Assembly: GCA_902589795.1 (NCBI GenBank)
Contig: CACIUJ010000001.1
Coordinates: forward strand, 17,030-81,029
DNA: 64,000 bases
From: an uncultured Pelagibacteraceae bacterium
Lineage (GTDB): Bacteria > Pseudomonadota > Alphaproteobacteria > Pelagibacterales > Pelagibacteraceae
Direction of reading: 5' to 3'
Shown in pieces: positions 53,770-63,832 of this stretch (positions are counted from its first letter, which is position 1; every line of letters starts with the position of its first letter). Under the pieces are notes generated by a model, which saw only the letters and a list, made by a program, of their open reading frames with translations, was not told the DNA's origin and made no database searches. A program made the translations under genes and the position numbers.

Positions 53770-54011
53770 TATTTGTTTTCAGCTGGTTTTAATTTTCCAT
53801 CTTCGTACTTAGCGGGCGAATATTTTGTATTTGGGTCAAAACCTCCATAGAATCTTAAAAATCCTAAAGCTATTAAGAGCAGAATCAGGCTGGCAATAGA
53901 CAATTTTGCTACTGGAATTTTTTTATTTTCAAGTTTTCTAAGCCAAGAATAGAAAAAGTAGAGACCAAAAGGACCAACAATTGCTAGTAAAAGTATAATT
54001 TTTTTTATCAT
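53769..54011 (-). CDS. Small (80-aa) two-helix membrane protein
   Basis: Two hydrophobic segments, 'IILLLAIVGPFGLYFFY' and 'IASLILLLIALGFL'. First gene of a small minus-strand operon. Confidence 0.5.
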   Translation of the reverse strand: MIKKIILLLAIVGPFGLYFFYSWLRKLENKKIPVAKLSIASLILLLIALGFLRFYGGFDPNTKYSPAKYEDGKLKPAENK

Positions 54012-54067
54012 AAAAATCTAACTTGACGTATCATAAGCTTATATTTAGAAATTTACCTTATTTATTT

Positions 54068-56500
54068 ATGAAATCAAAAACAAAAGTGGTTGTCATTGGA
54101 GGTGGGGCGGTTGGCACAAGTATGCTTTACCACCTTGCAAAAAAAGGTTGGTCCGACGTTGTTCTAGTTGAAAGAAAAGAGCTAACATCTGGATCTACCT
54201 GGCATGCTGCTGGATTACTACCACTTTTTAATATGAGTTATTCAGTAGGCCAACTGCATAAATATGCAGTAAATCTTTACAAAACTTTAGAAAAAGAAAC
54301 AGGAAAAAATGTTGGTTTCAGCGTTGTTTCCAATATTAGATTAGCAAGCACAAAAGATAGAATGGATGAGTACCATCAATATGCAGGAGTTGCTCAAACC
54401 ATTGGAGTTGATTATAAATTCCTGACTCCTGATCAAGTAAAAGAAATCTGGCCATTGTGCAATACTTCAGATTTAATTGGTGCTATTCAACATCCAGAAG
54501 ATGGATATATACAGCCTGCTGATTTAACACAAGCTCTTGCGACAGGCGCAAGAAATAGAGGAGCTGAAATTTATAGAAATACAACAGTTATTGGAATCAA
54601 ACAAACAAAGAATGGATGGGTGGTAGAAACTGACAAAGGTTCGATTGAATGTGAACATGTAGTTTCGTGCTCAGGAAATTTTGCACGACAAACTGGTAAA
54701 ATGGTTGGATTAGAAATTCCAGTTATACCTGTAGAACATCAATATATTGTAACTGAACCTCATCCAGAAATTGTGAAAAGAAAGAAAGAAGGTAAACCAG
54801 AAATGGGAGTACTTAGAGATAGCGACAGCAGATGGTACATGAGAGAGGAAGCCGGAGGTTTTATACTAGGACCTTATGAAGATGGAGCACCTTGTTGTTA
54901 TGTAGATGGACCGTCAAAAGATTCAGAGTATGAATTATTTCAGGAAGATTTAGAAAGATTAGGCCCTCATATAGAAGGAGCCATTCATCGTGTACCAGCT
55001 TTTGCGGAAGTTGGAGTTAAAAAAGTTTATAATGGAGCAATTTGTTACACACCAGATGGAAACCCAATAGTTGGACCAGCCTGGGGGTTAAAAAATTTTT
55101 GGATTAATGAAGGACATAGTTTTGGAATTACAGCAGCAGGTGGGGCTGGATGGCAACTTGCAGAATGGATTATAGATGGAGAACCAACGATTGATATGCT
55201 TGGTGTAGAGCCAAGAAGATATGGAGACTATTGTTCTAAAGCATATTTAAAAGAAAAAAACGAAGAAGCTTATAGAAACGTTTTTGTCATTCATTATCCA
55301 GATGAAGAAAGAGAAGCTGCAAGACCTTTAAGACAAGCTCCATGTTATGACAGAATGAAAAAATTAGGAGCAGTGTTTGGTCAAAAATTTGGATGGGAGA
55401 GACCAAATTTTTTTTCAGTAGATGGAATGGAACAAAAAGATGATTGGTCATTTAGAAGATCTAAATGGTTTAAAGCAGTTGAAAAAGAATGCAAAAATGT
55501 AAAAGAAAATGTAGGTCTTTTAGATATGTCTGCATTTGGGAAATGTAGAATTAAAGGACCTGGGGCAGAAAAATTCCTTGATTATTTGGTTGCTAATAAA
55601 CTTCCAAAAAAAATTGGGAGAGTTAATTTATGTCACGCCCTAAATACCAAGGGAGGTGTGCATTCTGAATTTACAATAATGAAAGAAGCAGAAAATAGTT
55701 ATTATTTAGTTTCTGCAGGAGCCTTTCAAAGGTTAGATCATGATTGGATACAAAAATGGATGCCAACAGACGGTTCAGTTCAATTTGAAAATTTAACAAA
55801 TGCAATGGGTGTGTTAGTGGTTGCGGGCCCAAAAGCAAGAGAACTAATGAAGAAAGTCTCTAAAGATGATTTTTCCAATGAAAATTTTAAATGGTTAAGT
55901 TCTAAAAAAGTAGATATTGGTTATGCTCCGTGCACAGCAATAAGAGTAAACTTTGTAGGAGAGTTAGGATGGGAACTTCATCATCCAATTGAATATCAAA
56001 ATCACATATTCGATAAATTAATAGAACATGGAAAAAATTTTAACCTCAAGCCTTTCGGAATTCGAGCCATGAATAGTTTGAGAGTTGAAAAATCTTATAA
56101 ATTAGTTGGAACAGAGTTATCAATTGAATACTCACCTTATGAATCGGGCTTAGATAGATTTATACATCCAAACAAAGGAAATTTTATTGGTTTAGAATCT
56201 TTAAACAAATGGCGAGAAAAGGGTTTTCAAAATAAATTAGTAACGATGGAAATACATAATATTACTGACGCAGATGTATTGGGAAACAATCCAATTTACG
56301 AAAATGGGAAAGTTGTTGGAAGAGCAACAGGAGGAGATTTTGGCTTTAGATTAAATAAATCAATAGCTTTAGGGATGGTTAAACCAGAGCTTGCGACAAC
56401 AGGGCAAAAATTAAAAATTGATATTCTAGGCAAAATGCACGACGCTACTATTTTGGATGAAAGCCCATATGATCCAGAAAATAAATTATTAAGAGCATAA
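54068..56500 (+). CDS. Sarcosine/dimethylglycine dehydrogenase family flavoprotein (DAO domain plus GcvT THF domain), second paralog
   Basis: The ORF-track start (54023) is a TTG; the ATG at 54068 ('[18 protein letters not shown]') fits the family N-terminus. 'GSTWHAAG', C-terminal '[12 protein letters not shown]'. Immediately upstream of etfBA. Confidence 0.85.
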   Translation: MKSKTKVVVIGGGAVGTSMLYHLAKKGWSDVVLVERKELTSGSTWHAAGLLPLFNMSYSVGQLHKYAVNLYKTLEKETGKNVGFSVVSNIRLASTKDRMDEYHQYAGVAQTIGVDYKFLTPDQVKEIWPLCNTSDLIGAIQHPEDGYIQPADLTQALATGARNRGAEIYRNTTVIGIKQTKNGWVVETDKGSIECEHVVSCSGNFARQTGKMVGLEIPVIPVEHQYIVTEPHPEIVKRKKEGKPEMGVLRDSDSRWYMREEAGGFILGPYEDGAPCCYVDGPSKDSEYELFQEDLERLGPHIEGAIHRVPAFAEVGVKKVYNGAICYTPDGNPIVGPAWGLKNFWINEGHSFGITAAGGAGWQLAEWIIDGEPTIDMLGVEPRRYGDYCSKAYLKEKNEEAYRNVFVIHYPDEEREAARPLRQAPCYDRMKKLGAVFGQKFGWERPNFFSVDGMEQKDDWSFRRSKWFKAVEKECKNVKENVGLLDMSAFGKCRIKGPGAEKFLDYLVANKLPKKIGRVNLCHALNTKGGVHSEFTIMKEAENSYYLVSAGAFQRLDHDWIQKWMPTDGSVQFENLTNAMGVLVVAGPKARELMKKVSKDDFSNENFKWLSSKKVDIGYAPCTAIRVNFVGELGWELHHPIEYQNHIFDKLIEHGKNFNLKPFGIRAMNSLRVEKSYKLVGTELSIEYSPYESGLDRFIHPNKGNFIGLESLNKWREKGFQNKLVTMEIHNITDADVLGNNPIYENGKVVGRATGGDFGFRLNKSIALGMVKPELATTGQKLKIDILGKMHDATILDESPYDPENKLLRA

Positions 56501-56504
56501 AGAA

Positions 56505-57254
56505 ATGAAAATTTTAGTAGCAGTAAAAAGAGTAATTGATTACAACGTTCAAGTTAGAGTTAAAGAGGATAATACGGGTGTGGTAACCGAAAATGTTAAA
56601 ATGTCCACAAATCCTCCTGACGATAATGCCATTGAGGAAGCTGTCAAAATAAAAGAATCTGGTAAGGCAAAAGAAGTAGTAGCAATTACAATTGGTGAAG
56701 AAAAAGCACAAGAAACAGTAAGAAAAGCTTTAGCCGTAGGAGCAGATAGAGGAATTCATGTCAGGACAGACGGTGTTGTTGAGCCCTTAGCAGTATCAAA
56801 AATTCTTAAAAAAATTGTTGAAAAAGAAAATCCAGATTTGGTTTTTATGGGAAAGCAGGCAATTGACGATGATTGTAACCAGACGGGACAAATGTTAGCT
56901 GCATTATTAAATTGGCCACAAGCAACTTTTGCTTCAAAAATTACAGTCAAAGAAAAATTACTTGAAGTGATAAGAGAGGTTGATGAGGGTTTAGAAACAG
57001 TAGAAGTAAATATTCCTGCAGTAGTTACATGTGATTTAAGATTAAATGAACCCAGGTATGCCTCATTACCAAATATAATGAAAGCAAAGAAAAAGCCTTT
57101 AGAGCAAATTAATTTTTCTGACTTGGGTGTTGATATAAAATCAAAAATAGAACAAATAAAAGTCGAAGATCCACCAAAAAGAAAAGGGGGAATTAAAGTA
57201 TCTAGTGTTGCTGAATTAGTTCAAAAATTAAAAAATGAGGCAAAAGTAATTTAA
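56505..57254 (+). CDS. etfB: Electron transfer flavoprotein beta subunit
   Basis: 249 aa. '[15 protein letters not shown]', '[22 protein letters not shown]' and '[16 protein letters not shown]' are typical EtfB motifs. Confidence 0.95.
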   Translation: MKILVAVKRVIDYNVQVRVKEDNTGVVTENVKMSTNPPDDNAIEEAVKIKESGKAKEVVAITIGEEKAQETVRKALAVGADRGIHVRTDGVVEPLAVSKILKKIVEKENPDLVFMGKQAIDDDCNQTGQMLAALLNWPQATFASKITVKEKLLEVIREVDEGLETVEVNIPAVVTCDLRLNEPRYASLPNIMKAKKKPLEQINFSDLGVDIKSKIEQIKVEDPPKRKGGIKVSSVAELVQKLKNEAKVI

Positions 57255-58207
57255 TGTCGGTATTATTAATAGCGGAGCACAACAACAAAGAGGTAAAACC
57301 GTTTACTTTAAATGCTATAACAGCAGCTACTCAAATAGATAAAGATCTTCATATTTTAGTTATAGGAAACAAAGCGGACTCAGTAGCAAAATCTTTATCA
57401 GAAGTTCCTAATGTAAAAAAAATTATTCATATAGACAATGAAATTTATGAAAATTATTTGGCTGAAAACTTTACTCCCATAATTGTGAAATATGCTGAAA
57501 GTTATTCACACATTCTTTGTTCAGCTAATACGTTTGGAAAAAATTTAATGCCCAGAGTTTCCGCTCTTTTAGATATATCTCAGGTTAGTGATATAATAAA
57601 AGTGATATCTTCGGATACTTTTTTAAGACCAATTTATGCAGGAAATGCTTTGGCAACCATTAAAAGTACAGATAAAAAAAAATGTATAACAATAAGACCT
57701 ACGTCTTTTGATCCCGCTCCTACTTCAGGTGGATCAGCAGAAATAGTTAAAGGAGAAGCTAAAGAATCTTTTCAAAAAATAAAGTTTATTAAAAGAGAAG
57801 AAGTTAAATCAGATAGACCCGAGCTCGGGACAGCAAGAGTTGTTATCTCTGGCGGTAGAGGAATGCAAAAAGCAGAAAATTTTAAACTAATCACAGCTAT
57901 AGCTGATAAATTAAATGCAGCAGTTGGTGCCTCAAGAGCAGCTGTGGACGCTGGATATATAAGTAACGATCATCAAGTGGGACAAACAGGAAAAGTTGTT
58001 GTTCCAGATTTGTATATTGCAGTAGGAATATCAGGTGCTATACAACATTTAGCTGGAATGAAAGAAAGTAAAGTAATAGTAGCAATAAATAAAGATGGAG
58101 AAGCTCCCATTTTTAGTATAGCTGACTATGGCTTAGAGGCAGATCTATTCGATGCATTGCCTAAATTTTTAGAAGAGTTAAATAAACTCAACACTATTCA
58201 AAAATAA
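57254..58207 (+). CDS. etfA: Electron transfer flavoprotein alpha subunit
   Basis: 317 aa. FAD-binding signature 'PDLYIAVGISGAIQHLAGMKESKVIVAINKD'. TAATG overlap with etfB. Confidence 0.95.
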   Translation: MSVLLIAEHNNKEVKPFTLNAITAATQIDKDLHILVIGNKADSVAKSLSEVPNVKKIIHIDNEIYENYLAENFTPIIVKYAESYSHILCSANTFGKNLMPRVSALLDISQVSDIIKVISSDTFLRPIYAGNALATIKSTDKKKCITIRPTSFDPAPTSGGSAEIVKGEAKESFQKIKFIKREEVKSDRPELGTARVVISGGRGMQKAENFKLITAIADKLNAAVGASRAAVDAGYISNDHQVGQTGKVVVPDLYIAVGISGAIQHLAGMKESKVIVAINKDGEAPIFSIADYGLEADLFDALPKFLEELNKLNTIQK

Positions 58208-58228
58208 AAGGTTTGATATAGTCCTCAT

Positions 58229-59836
58229 ATGCCAAGAGAAGTAATGGGATATGATGTAGTAATTGTTGGAGCAGGTCCAGCAGGACTATCGACAGCTATT
58301 AAACTAAAACAAATCGATACTAACATTAGTGTATGCATATTAGAAAAGGGATCTGAAGTTGGGGCACATATTTTAAGTGGCAATGTTTTTGAAACAAAAG
58401 CACTTGATGAACTTTTACCAAAATGGAAAGAAGAGGGAGCTCCTGTAAAAAATAAAGTTTCTAAAGAAAGATTTTTATTTTTGGGAAAAAATAATTCTCT
58501 AAACTGGCCAACTTGGCTTTTACCTTCAGTGCAAAAAAATCATAAGAATTATATAATTAGCCTGGCAAACCTCTGCCGCTGGTTAGCTGAACAAGCAGAA
58601 AAATTAGGGGTGGAGATATTTCCAGGTTTTCCAGCGAGCGAAGTACTTTACAAAGAAGATGGTTCAATTAAAGGTGTGGCCACTTTAGATATGGGTTTAG
58701 ATAAAGACGGAAACAAAAAAGAAGGATATCAAGAAGGTATGGAGTTACATGCAAAGGTCACAGTTTTTGCAGAGGGTTGCAGAGGCCATTTAGGTAAGCA
58801 GCTAATCAAAAAATATGAATTAGATAAGGGAAAAAATCCCCAACAATATGGAATTGGTTTTAAAGAAATTTGGGAAGTTAACGAAACTCAACATGAAGAA
58901 GGACTAGTCATGCACACAGCTGGATGGCCACTTGATAACAAAACCTACGGGGGTAGCTTTGTTTATCATGCAGAAAATAAACAAATTTATATAGGTTATG
59001 TTATTGGTCTTGATTATAAAAATCCCTATCTATCCCCCTTTGATGAATTTCAAAGATTTAAAACGCATAAAGTTATTAAAAAAATGCTGGAAGGTGGAAA
59101 AAGGATAGCATTTGGTGCAAGAGCTTTAATAGAGGGAGGGATTCAGAGTCTTCCAAAAATGTATATGCCCGGTGGTTTATTAATTGGTTGTGATGCTGGA
59201 ACTTTAAATATGCCAAAAATTAAAGGATCTCACACAGCCATGAAAAGCGGAATTATCGCGGCCGAAACTATAATAGAAAATTTAAAAAATAAAAAAGATT
59301 TATCAATTTATGAAGAAAAATTTAAGACAAGCTGGGCTTATAAGGAATTGTATGCTGCCAGAAATGTAAAACCCAGTTTTAGCTGGGGCTTATTATTAGG
59401 AATTATTTATACTGGTTTAGATCAAATATTATTTAGAGGAAAATTGCCATTTACTTTAAAACATAAACATGCAGACCATGAGTCTCTAAAACCTGCAAAA
59501 GAAATGGAAAAAATTAATTATCCAAAGCCAGATTGTAAAATTACCTTTGATAAAACTAGTTCAGTTTTTTTAACTGGGACAAATCATGTTGACAATCAAC
59601 CAGTCCATTTAAAATTAAAAGATTCTAATTTACCAATTAATTTTACATTAAAAGAATATGATGAACCAGCACAAAGATATTGTCCTGTTGGTGTGTACGA
59701 AATTCAGAATGAAAAATTTGTTATTAATTCACAAAATTGCATTCATTGTAAAACTTGTGATATTAAAGAACCATCCCAAAATATTACATGGGTAGTTCCA
59801 GAGGGTGGTGGCGGTCCAAAATATGGAAACATGTAA
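58229..59836 (+). CDS. Electron-transfer-flavoprotein:ubiquinone oxidoreductase
   Basis: 535 aa. 'YDVVIVGAGPAGLSTAIKL', and a C-terminal 4Fe-4S region 'YCPVGVYE...CIHCKTCDIKEP'. Confidence 0.9.
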   Translation: MPREVMGYDVVIVGAGPAGLSTAIKLKQIDTNISVCILEKGSEVGAHILSGNVFETKALDELLPKWKEEGAPVKNKVSKERFLFLGKNNSLNWPTWLLPSVQKNHKNYIISLANLCRWLAEQAEKLGVEIFPGFPASEVLYKEDGSIKGVATLDMGLDKDGNKKEGYQEGMELHAKVTVFAEGCRGHLGKQLIKKYELDKGKNPQQYGIGFKEIWEVNETQHEEGLVMHTAGWPLDNKTYGGSFVYHAENKQIYIGYVIGLDYKNPYLSPFDEFQRFKTHKVIKKMLEGGKRIAFGARALIEGGIQSLPKMYMPGGLLIGCDAGTLNMPKIKGSHTAMKSGIIAAETIIENLKNKKDLSIYEEKFKTSWAYKELYAARNVKPSFSWGLLLGIIYTGLDQILFRGKLPFTLKHKHADHESLKPAKEMEKINYPKPDCKITFDKTSSVFLTGTNHVDNQPVHLKLKDSNLPINFTLKEYDEPAQRYCPVGVYEIQNEKFVINSQNCIHCKTCDIKEPSQNITWVVPEGGGGPKYGNM

Positions 59837-59841
59837 TCTAA

Positions 59842-60402
59842 ATGAAGAGATTAATATTTATAATTTTACTACTATTTTTAAATCAAAATAGCTTAGCAGA
59901 AACTGCTTTTAAAGATTTACAAGATAAAAAAACTTCATATTTAGATTTTGTTCTTACGAAAATAGAAAGTAGATTAGTGCAAAGACATAATTTGCTAGGA
60001 ACTCAAATGATGCCCGTAAGAATTCAATTCCAAAACGTGGGATCTCAGGTAGATTTTTTTTCAAAAGAATCAAAAATTGTAATTTCTATTAGAGGTGTAA
60101 TGGATAAAAATAGATATTCAAAAAAAAAATATATACCTAAATTAACTGATTGTAATATATTAAGAAATATCCTTCTTTACGGTAAACAAGGTTACCATTT
60201 AATTTTAAAAAAACGTAATAAATTTCTTACCGACTCAGATATGAAGGATATTTTTATTAGCAGATTTCTTAACAATTTAACTTTATCAGATGAAGAAAAA
60301 ATTTATATTACAGAAAATACATTTGCTAGAGTACAAATAATTGATCCAGTAAGAGGTAATGACGTTTTTTGTTCTGGAAATATTGCTAAAGAACTAAATT
60401 AA
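59842..60402 (+). CDS. Hypothetical secreted protein
   Basis: 186 aa with signal peptide 'LIFIILLLFLNQNSLA'. No recognisable motif. 5 nt after the ETF-QO stop. Confidence 0.45.
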   Translation: MKRLIFIILLLFLNQNSLAETAFKDLQDKKTSYLDFVLTKIESRLVQRHNLLGTQMMPVRIQFQNVGSQVDFFSKESKIVISIRGVMDKNRYSKKKYIPKLTDCNILRNILLYGKQGYHLILKKRNKFLTDSDMKDIFISRFLNNLTLSDEEKIYITENTFARVQIIDPVRGNDVFCSGNIAKELN

Positions 60403-60779
60403 GATAAATCAATTGCATATTTTTTTAGAAGTTCTAAAGGAATTATTTCAAGAGTTTTATAATTAGTTTTTTTTAAATAAACCTTACAAGCAGTACCAGC
60501 TTTGATGGATTCAGCGAAGGTACCAGCACAAACACACCAACTATTTCCATCTTTTAATCCTGGAAAATCTAACTCTGGATGTGGTGTAATTAAATCGTTA
60601 CCAGCTTTTTTTGCCCATTCTAAAAATTTTGTCGTAACTTTAGCACAAACTGTATGTAAACCATGATCATCTTCGTTTGTATTACAACAACCATCTCTAA
60701 ACCAGCCTGTTACAGGGTCAGTTGAGCATGGTTCAAGCTTTTCTCCCAAAACATTTTTTTGAAAATTTTCACTATTCAT
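60399..60779 (-). CDS. DUF2237-family protein
   Basis: 126 aa. 'NVLGEKLEPCSTDPVTGWFRDGCCNT', 'HTVCAKVT', 'GNDLITP' and 'WCVCAGTF' match my memory of DUF2237 conserved blocks. Confidence 0.7.
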   Translation of the reverse strand: MNSENFQKNVLGEKLEPCSTDPVTGWFRDGCCNTNEDDHGLHTVCAKVTTKFLEWAKKAGNDLITPHPELDFPGLKDGNSWCVCAGTFAESIKAGTACKVYLKKTNYKTLEIIPLELLKKYAIDLS

Positions 60780-61246
60780 TATAACTCAGTTGGATTAGGT
60801 TCATCTTTGTAAACTTTTTTTGGATCAAAAATTTTTTCTTTTTCCTCAAAATTAATTTCAATTTTTTTTGTATTGTCAATTTTTCCCAATGGTATTGATC
60901 TATAAAAACATGATTTATATCCAACATGGCAACTTGCTCCATCACCAATTTCTACAGAAATCCAGATCGAATCTTGGTCATCGTCAATTCTCATTTCTTT
61001 TATTTTTTGCACAAATCCACTTACTTGGCCTTTATGCCAAATTTTTTTTCTTGATCTGCTCCAGTAATGGGCTTCTTTAGTTTCTATTGTTTTTTTTAGA
61101 GCTTCGTCATTCATGTACCCATGCATCAATACAGAACCTGTTTGAAAATCGGTTGTAACAACAGGAATTAACCCATTTTTATTGAATTTAGGGGCTAAAT
61201 ACTTGCCTTCTTCAACTGCTACTATATTATCTCTTTTTTTAAACAT
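60779..61246 (-). CDS. hisI: Phosphoribosyl-AMP cyclohydrolase (stand-alone HisI)
   Basis: 155 aa. 'GLIPVVTTD', 'VLMHGYMNDEAL', 'HYWSRSRKKIWHKGQVSG' and 'DQDSIWISVE...ASCHVGYKSCFY' are HisI motifs. Confidence 0.85.
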   Translation of the reverse strand: MFKKRDNIVAVEEGKYLAPKFNKNGLIPVVTTDFQTGSVLMHGYMNDEALKKTIETKEAHYWSRSRKKIWHKGQVSGFVQKIKEMRIDDDQDSIWISVEIGDGASCHVGYKSCFYRSIPLGKIDNTKKIEINFEEKEKIFDPKKVYKDEPNPTEL

Positions 61247-61291
61247 AAATTATATTATACAGGTATTTAAAATAATAACGAATATAATAAC

Positions 61292-61903
61292 ATGAAATTA
61301 GTTAAAGATATTGAACAGGTACAAAAAGAAGATAATAAAATATCAGATGAAAAAGCTGAAGAGGCTGTAAGAACTATTATAAAATGGATAGGTGAGAACC
61401 CAGAAAGGGAAGGCTTAAAGTCTACACCAAAAAGAGTTGTTAAAGCCTTCAAGGAATATTTCCATGGATATAGTGTGGATCCTTCTCGCTTTTTAGTAAA
61501 AACTTTTACAGAAGTTGAGGGTTATGATGATATGGTTATTGAAAAAAACATCAGTATTAGAAGTCACTGCGAACATCATATGGCTCCGATAGTTGGGGTT
61601 GCTCATGTTGCGTATATTCCATCAAATAAAGTAGTTGGGTTAAGCAAGTTGGCGCGAGTAGTGGAAACTTATTCAAAAAGACTACAAACACAAGAACGTT
61701 TAACAATGCAAGTAGCTAAATTAATTATGGAAGTGCTAAAACCAAGAGGAGTCGCTGTAACTATTGATGCAACTCATCAATGCATGACTGACAGAGGTAT
61801 AAAAAAGGAGAATACTACTACAGTGACAAACTATTTTCTTGGTGTGTTTAAAGAAGATTTAAGTTTTCAAAATCGTTACTTAAGATATATTAATAAAGAA
61901 TAA
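61292..61903 (+). CDS. folE: GTP cyclohydrolase I
   Basis: 203 aa. 'REGLKSTPKRV', 'SHCEHHMAPIVGVAHVAYIP', 'VVGLSKLARVVE' and 'RLQTQERLT' are classic FolE motifs. Confidence 0.95.
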   Translation: MKLVKDIEQVQKEDNKISDEKAEEAVRTIIKWIGENPEREGLKSTPKRVVKAFKEYFHGYSVDPSRFLVKTFTEVEGYDDMVIEKNISIRSHCEHHMAPIVGVAHVAYIPSNKVVGLSKLARVVETYSKRLQTQERLTMQVAKLIMEVLKPRGVAVTIDATHQCMTDRGIKKENTTTVTNYFLGVFKEDLSFQNRYLRYINKE

Positions 61904-61934
61904 CGCTTATTAATAATTAGCCTTAAATATTTAA

Positions 61935-62936
61935 ATGAGTGAAAAGTTTAAAGCAATAGTATTGAACCAATCCGATGAAAAATTTTCTAGAGAGATACAA
62001 AATCTAGACAAAGGCTTTTTTAAAACTGGCGATGTATTCGTAAAAATAGATTATTCAAGCTTAAACTACAAAGATGCTTTAATTTTGAAAAATGGAGGAA
62101 AGCTCGTAAAAGAGTATCCCCACATACCTGGTATAGATTTTGTAGGCAAGGTTGTAGAAAGTGAGTCAAAAAATTTTACACCAGGAGACGAAGTTGTTTT
62201 AACAGGATGTAGAGTTGGAGAAATTTATCCTGGAGGGTATTCCCAATTTGTAAAAGTAAAAAGTGAATTATTAGTAAAAAAACCAAAGTTAATTTCAAGT
62301 AAAAATGCCATGATACTGGGCACTGCTGGTATTACTTCTCTACTTTGTGCTTTTGCAATAAAAGCACGAGAAGAATTATTTTTGGGTGAAAAAGTAAAAG
62401 ATGTTTTAGTAACAGGAGCAACAGGAGGAGTTGGTTGCATTGCAGTTATGGTTTTATCTAAAATGGGTTATAATGTTACAGCAGCGACAGGAAAAAAAGA
62501 TAAAGAAGATTTTTTAAAAAAATTAGGAGCAGTGGCCGTTATTGATAGAAAAGAACTTGATGTTGAAAGTCGACCTTTAGACAAAGGACTTTGGGATGGT
62601 GTAGTAGATACAGTTGGAGGAAAAATATTAGCAAAAGCTATTTCGAATACTAAGCCCAATGGAATTGTTGCTGCATGCGGATTAGCATCTAATTATAAAC
62701 TTAATACTACAGTAATGCCTTTTATTATAAGGGGTGTTAAGTTGTGGGGAATAGATTCCGTAATGATTAGTAAAAAAAGAAGAGAATTTATATGGTCTCA
62801 AGTAGCTAATCTTGTTGATTTTAATCTTTTAGAAAAAAATGTTAAAGTGGTTAATTTAGAAGAATTATTAAATGTTTTTCCAAGCATGTTAAAAGGAGAG
62901 ACTTCTGGTAGAATTCTAATTGATCCGAATAAATAA
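61935..62936 (+). CDS. YhdH/AcuI-type MDR oxidoreductase (acrylyl-CoA reductase family)
   Basis: 333 aa. 'IDYSSLNYKDAL', 'YPHIPGIDFVGKVVES', 'VTGATGGVGCIAV' and the C-terminal 'GETSGRILI' are typical of the YhdH/AcuI subgroup. Confidence 0.8.
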   Translation: MSEKFKAIVLNQSDEKFSREIQNLDKGFFKTGDVFVKIDYSSLNYKDALILKNGGKLVKEYPHIPGIDFVGKVVESESKNFTPGDEVVLTGCRVGEIYPGGYSQFVKVKSELLVKKPKLISSKNAMILGTAGITSLLCAFAIKAREELFLGEKVKDVLVTGATGGVGCIAVMVLSKMGYNVTAATGKKDKEDFLKKLGAVAVIDRKELDVESRPLDKGLWDGVVDTVGGKILAKAISNTKPNGIVAACGLASNYKLNTTVMPFIIRGVKLWGIDSVMISKKRREFIWSQVANLVDFNLLEKNVKVVNLEELLNVFPSMLKGETSGRILIDPNK

Positions 62937-62939
62937 AAT

Positions 62940-63830
62940 ATGGACTGGGATAAACTTAAAATATTTCATGCTGTAGCAGAAGCGGGAAATTTTACTAAAG
63001 CAACATATGCATTAAATCTAAGCCAATCTGCGATCAGTAGACAAATCCAATCTTTAGAACTAGAACTTAAAACCCAACTTTTCGAAAGACATGCTAGAGG
63101 ATTGTCTTTAACGGAAAATGGAGAATATTTATTTAAAACTGCTCGCGAAGTAATTTCTAAGTTAAAAGATGTTGAGTCTGCTTTAATTGACAAAAAAGAT
63201 AAACCTAGCGGAAAGCTCACAGTTACTACCTTTGTAAGTTTTGGAACAACTTGGCTAACTCCAAGAATTCAAGAGTTTATGAAATTAAATCCAGAAATGG
63301 AAATAGAATTAGTTTTTGATGATAAAGAATTAGACCTAAGTACTCGGCAGGCGGATATTGGTATTTGGGCGAGAAGACCTAAAAAATTAAATTATATACA
63401 AAAAAAATTAATTGATATTAATTATCATATATATGGATCAACCAAATATCTTGAGAAGCATGGTCATCCGAAAACTGTTTCTGAGCTAAACAAACATAAA
63501 TTTATTTCTTATGGAAAGGGAGCTCCTTCTCCAGTTTTTAATCCTGATTGGGCTTTAAAACTTGGTTTAAAAGATAATAAAAAAAGAAAACCAGTTATGA
63601 AAGTAAATAGCGTATATGGCTTGTTACTTGCTGTACAAAGTGGTGTCGGTTTAGCTGCGCTACCAGATTATATAACTGTATCTGTTCCAAATATTGTAAA
63701 AGTTTTACCCAATATTGAAGGACCAAAAACCGAAGCTTATTTTGTTTATCCTCAATCACTTAAAGACACAGCCAGAATAATAGCTTTCAGGAATTTTCTT
63801 TATTCTAAAGTTAGTGAGTGGGAATTTTAG
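62940..63830 (+). CDS. LysR-family transcriptional regulator
   Basis: 296 aa. N-terminal wHTH 'LKIFHAVAEAGNFTKATYALNLSQSAISRQIQSLE' plus a LysR substrate-binding domain. Confidence 0.9.
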   Translation: MDWDKLKIFHAVAEAGNFTKATYALNLSQSAISRQIQSLELELKTQLFERHARGLSLTENGEYLFKTAREVISKLKDVESALIDKKDKPSGKLTVTTFVSFGTTWLTPRIQEFMKLNPEMEIELVFDDKELDLSTRQADIGIWARRPKKLNYIQKKLIDINYHIYGSTKYLEKHGHPKTVSELNKHKFISYGKGAPSPVFNPDWALKLGLKDNKKRKPVMKVNSVYGLLLAVQSGVGLAALPDYITVSVPNIVKVLPNIEGPKTEAYFVYPQSLKDTARIIAFRNFLYSKVSEWEF

Positions 63831-63832
63831 TA

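Noticed and set aside
60779-61903. hisI, DUF2237 and folE as a novel pterin- or histidine-related system.
   Set aside because: These are separate transcription units (hisI and DUF2237 on the minus strand, folE divergent) and all three families are common housekeeping genes. I see no sequence feature beyond adjacency to support a functional link.
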